From: Gemmatimonadales bacterium
GTDB taxonomy: Bacteria; Gemmatimonadota; Gemmatimonadetes; Gemmatimonadales; GWC2-71-9
DNA: 64,000 bases
Direction of reading: 5' to 3'
NCBI GenBank assembly: GCA_036556625.1
Contig: DATBJC010000020.1
Location: forward strand, 14,587 to 78,586
Under the pieces are notes generated by a model. It searched no databases, was not told the origin of the DNA, and worked only from the letters and a program-made list of their open reading frames with translations. Position 1 is the stretch's first letter. The number at the start of each line of letters is the position of its first letter. This document shows positions 63,833-64,000 of this stretch, piece by piece. A program made the translations under genes and the position numbers.

Positions 63833-63909
63833 CGTGAAGCGTGAAGAGTGAAGAGGGGGCATCCGATCACCGGCGCCCCCTCTTCACACTTCACGCTTCA
63901 CGCTTCACG
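63833..63909. terminator. Long hairpin with GTGAAG tandem-repeat arms
   Basis: The left arm CGTGAAGCGTGAAGAGTGAAGAGGGGG pairs with the right arm CCCCCTCTTCACACTTCACGCTTCACG. This gives about 27 bp with one mismatch and a 16-nt loop. Confidence 0.6.
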
Positions 63910-63932
63910 AGTTTCGTCTCTATACTCCCTTC

Positions 63933-64000
63933 ATGAGCCGAGCTTTCGTGAACGAGGACGCCGGTCCCGCGCCGGAGCGCTACCCGCTGCCCCCGCGCGA
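63933..64000 (+). CDS. 5' end of a CDS continuing past the window (function not assignable)
   Basis: An ATG is followed by the open frame MSRAFVNEDAGPAPERYPLPPR. A TATACT box lies just upstream. Too little sequence is present for a family call. Confidence 0.3.
   Translation, partial: MSRAFVNEDAGPAPERYPLPPR

Overview
High-GC (about 68-70%) bacterial chromosomal segment at roughly 90% coding density. I call about 57 protein-coding genes. I recognise no rRNA, tRNA, CRISPR array, transposase, integrase, phage gene or defence gene. Gene content (CarboxypepD_reg-TonB barrels, SprA/PorV-like proteins, a FlgD/T9SS-type C-terminal domain, a GWxTD protein) suggests an FCB-group organism, most likely Gemmatimonadota; this is inference only.

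Content in order:
- 1-5.9 kb: dsbA-like fragment, kup, a 505-nt repeat-filled gap, then STAS protein, receiver domain and ccmABCD.
- 5.98-12.9 kb: a 10-gene, overlap-packed minus-strand run. It reads ECF sigma, ZAS anti-sigma, DUF92, lipoprotein, GGR-family flavoprotein, flavin reductase, methyltransferase, SRPBCC, KAS, aquaporin.
- 12.9-13.6 kb: a divergent V4R-domain gene.
- 13.97-25.08 kb: a five-gene outer-membrane/surface module. It encodes a TonB-type barrel, a 1313-aa protein with a T9SS-like C-terminal domain, a PorV-like barrel, a GWxTD protein and an Ig/PPC lipoprotein.
- 25.2-36.6 kb: MsbA-like ABC exporter, a fused ctaA-ctaB ORF, APC permease, nadCAB, lptG/lptF.
- 36.7-48.7 kb: a 2018-aa SprA-like protein with an adjacent glutaminyl-cyclase-like lipoprotein, then comEA and pilB-pilT-pilC.
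- 48.7-64 kb: DUF2277, a frame-interrupted rtcB, MarC, M24 peptidase, DUF3574, PRTase, CrtI-like/hydrolase/MarR operon, PadR plus a small membrane protein, amtB-glnK, a PQQ-type dehydrogenase, rpsD, a beta-lactamase-fold hydrolase and a glycine-zipper lipoprotein.

Best candidates for an undescribed system:
1. The 11-kb surface module plus the SprA/glutaminyl-cyclase pair, i.e. T9SS-like parts outside Bacteroidota with two function-less families.
2. The ECF/ZAS-headed isoprenoid- or polyketide-like tailoring operon.

Other observations:
- A family of hairpins and microsatellites built from GGACGG-type units.
- A REP-like palindrome that encodes the ctaA-ctaB linker.
- Two CTGA stop/start junctions that imply CTG initiation.

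All functional calls rest on motif recognition by eye. No database search was run.
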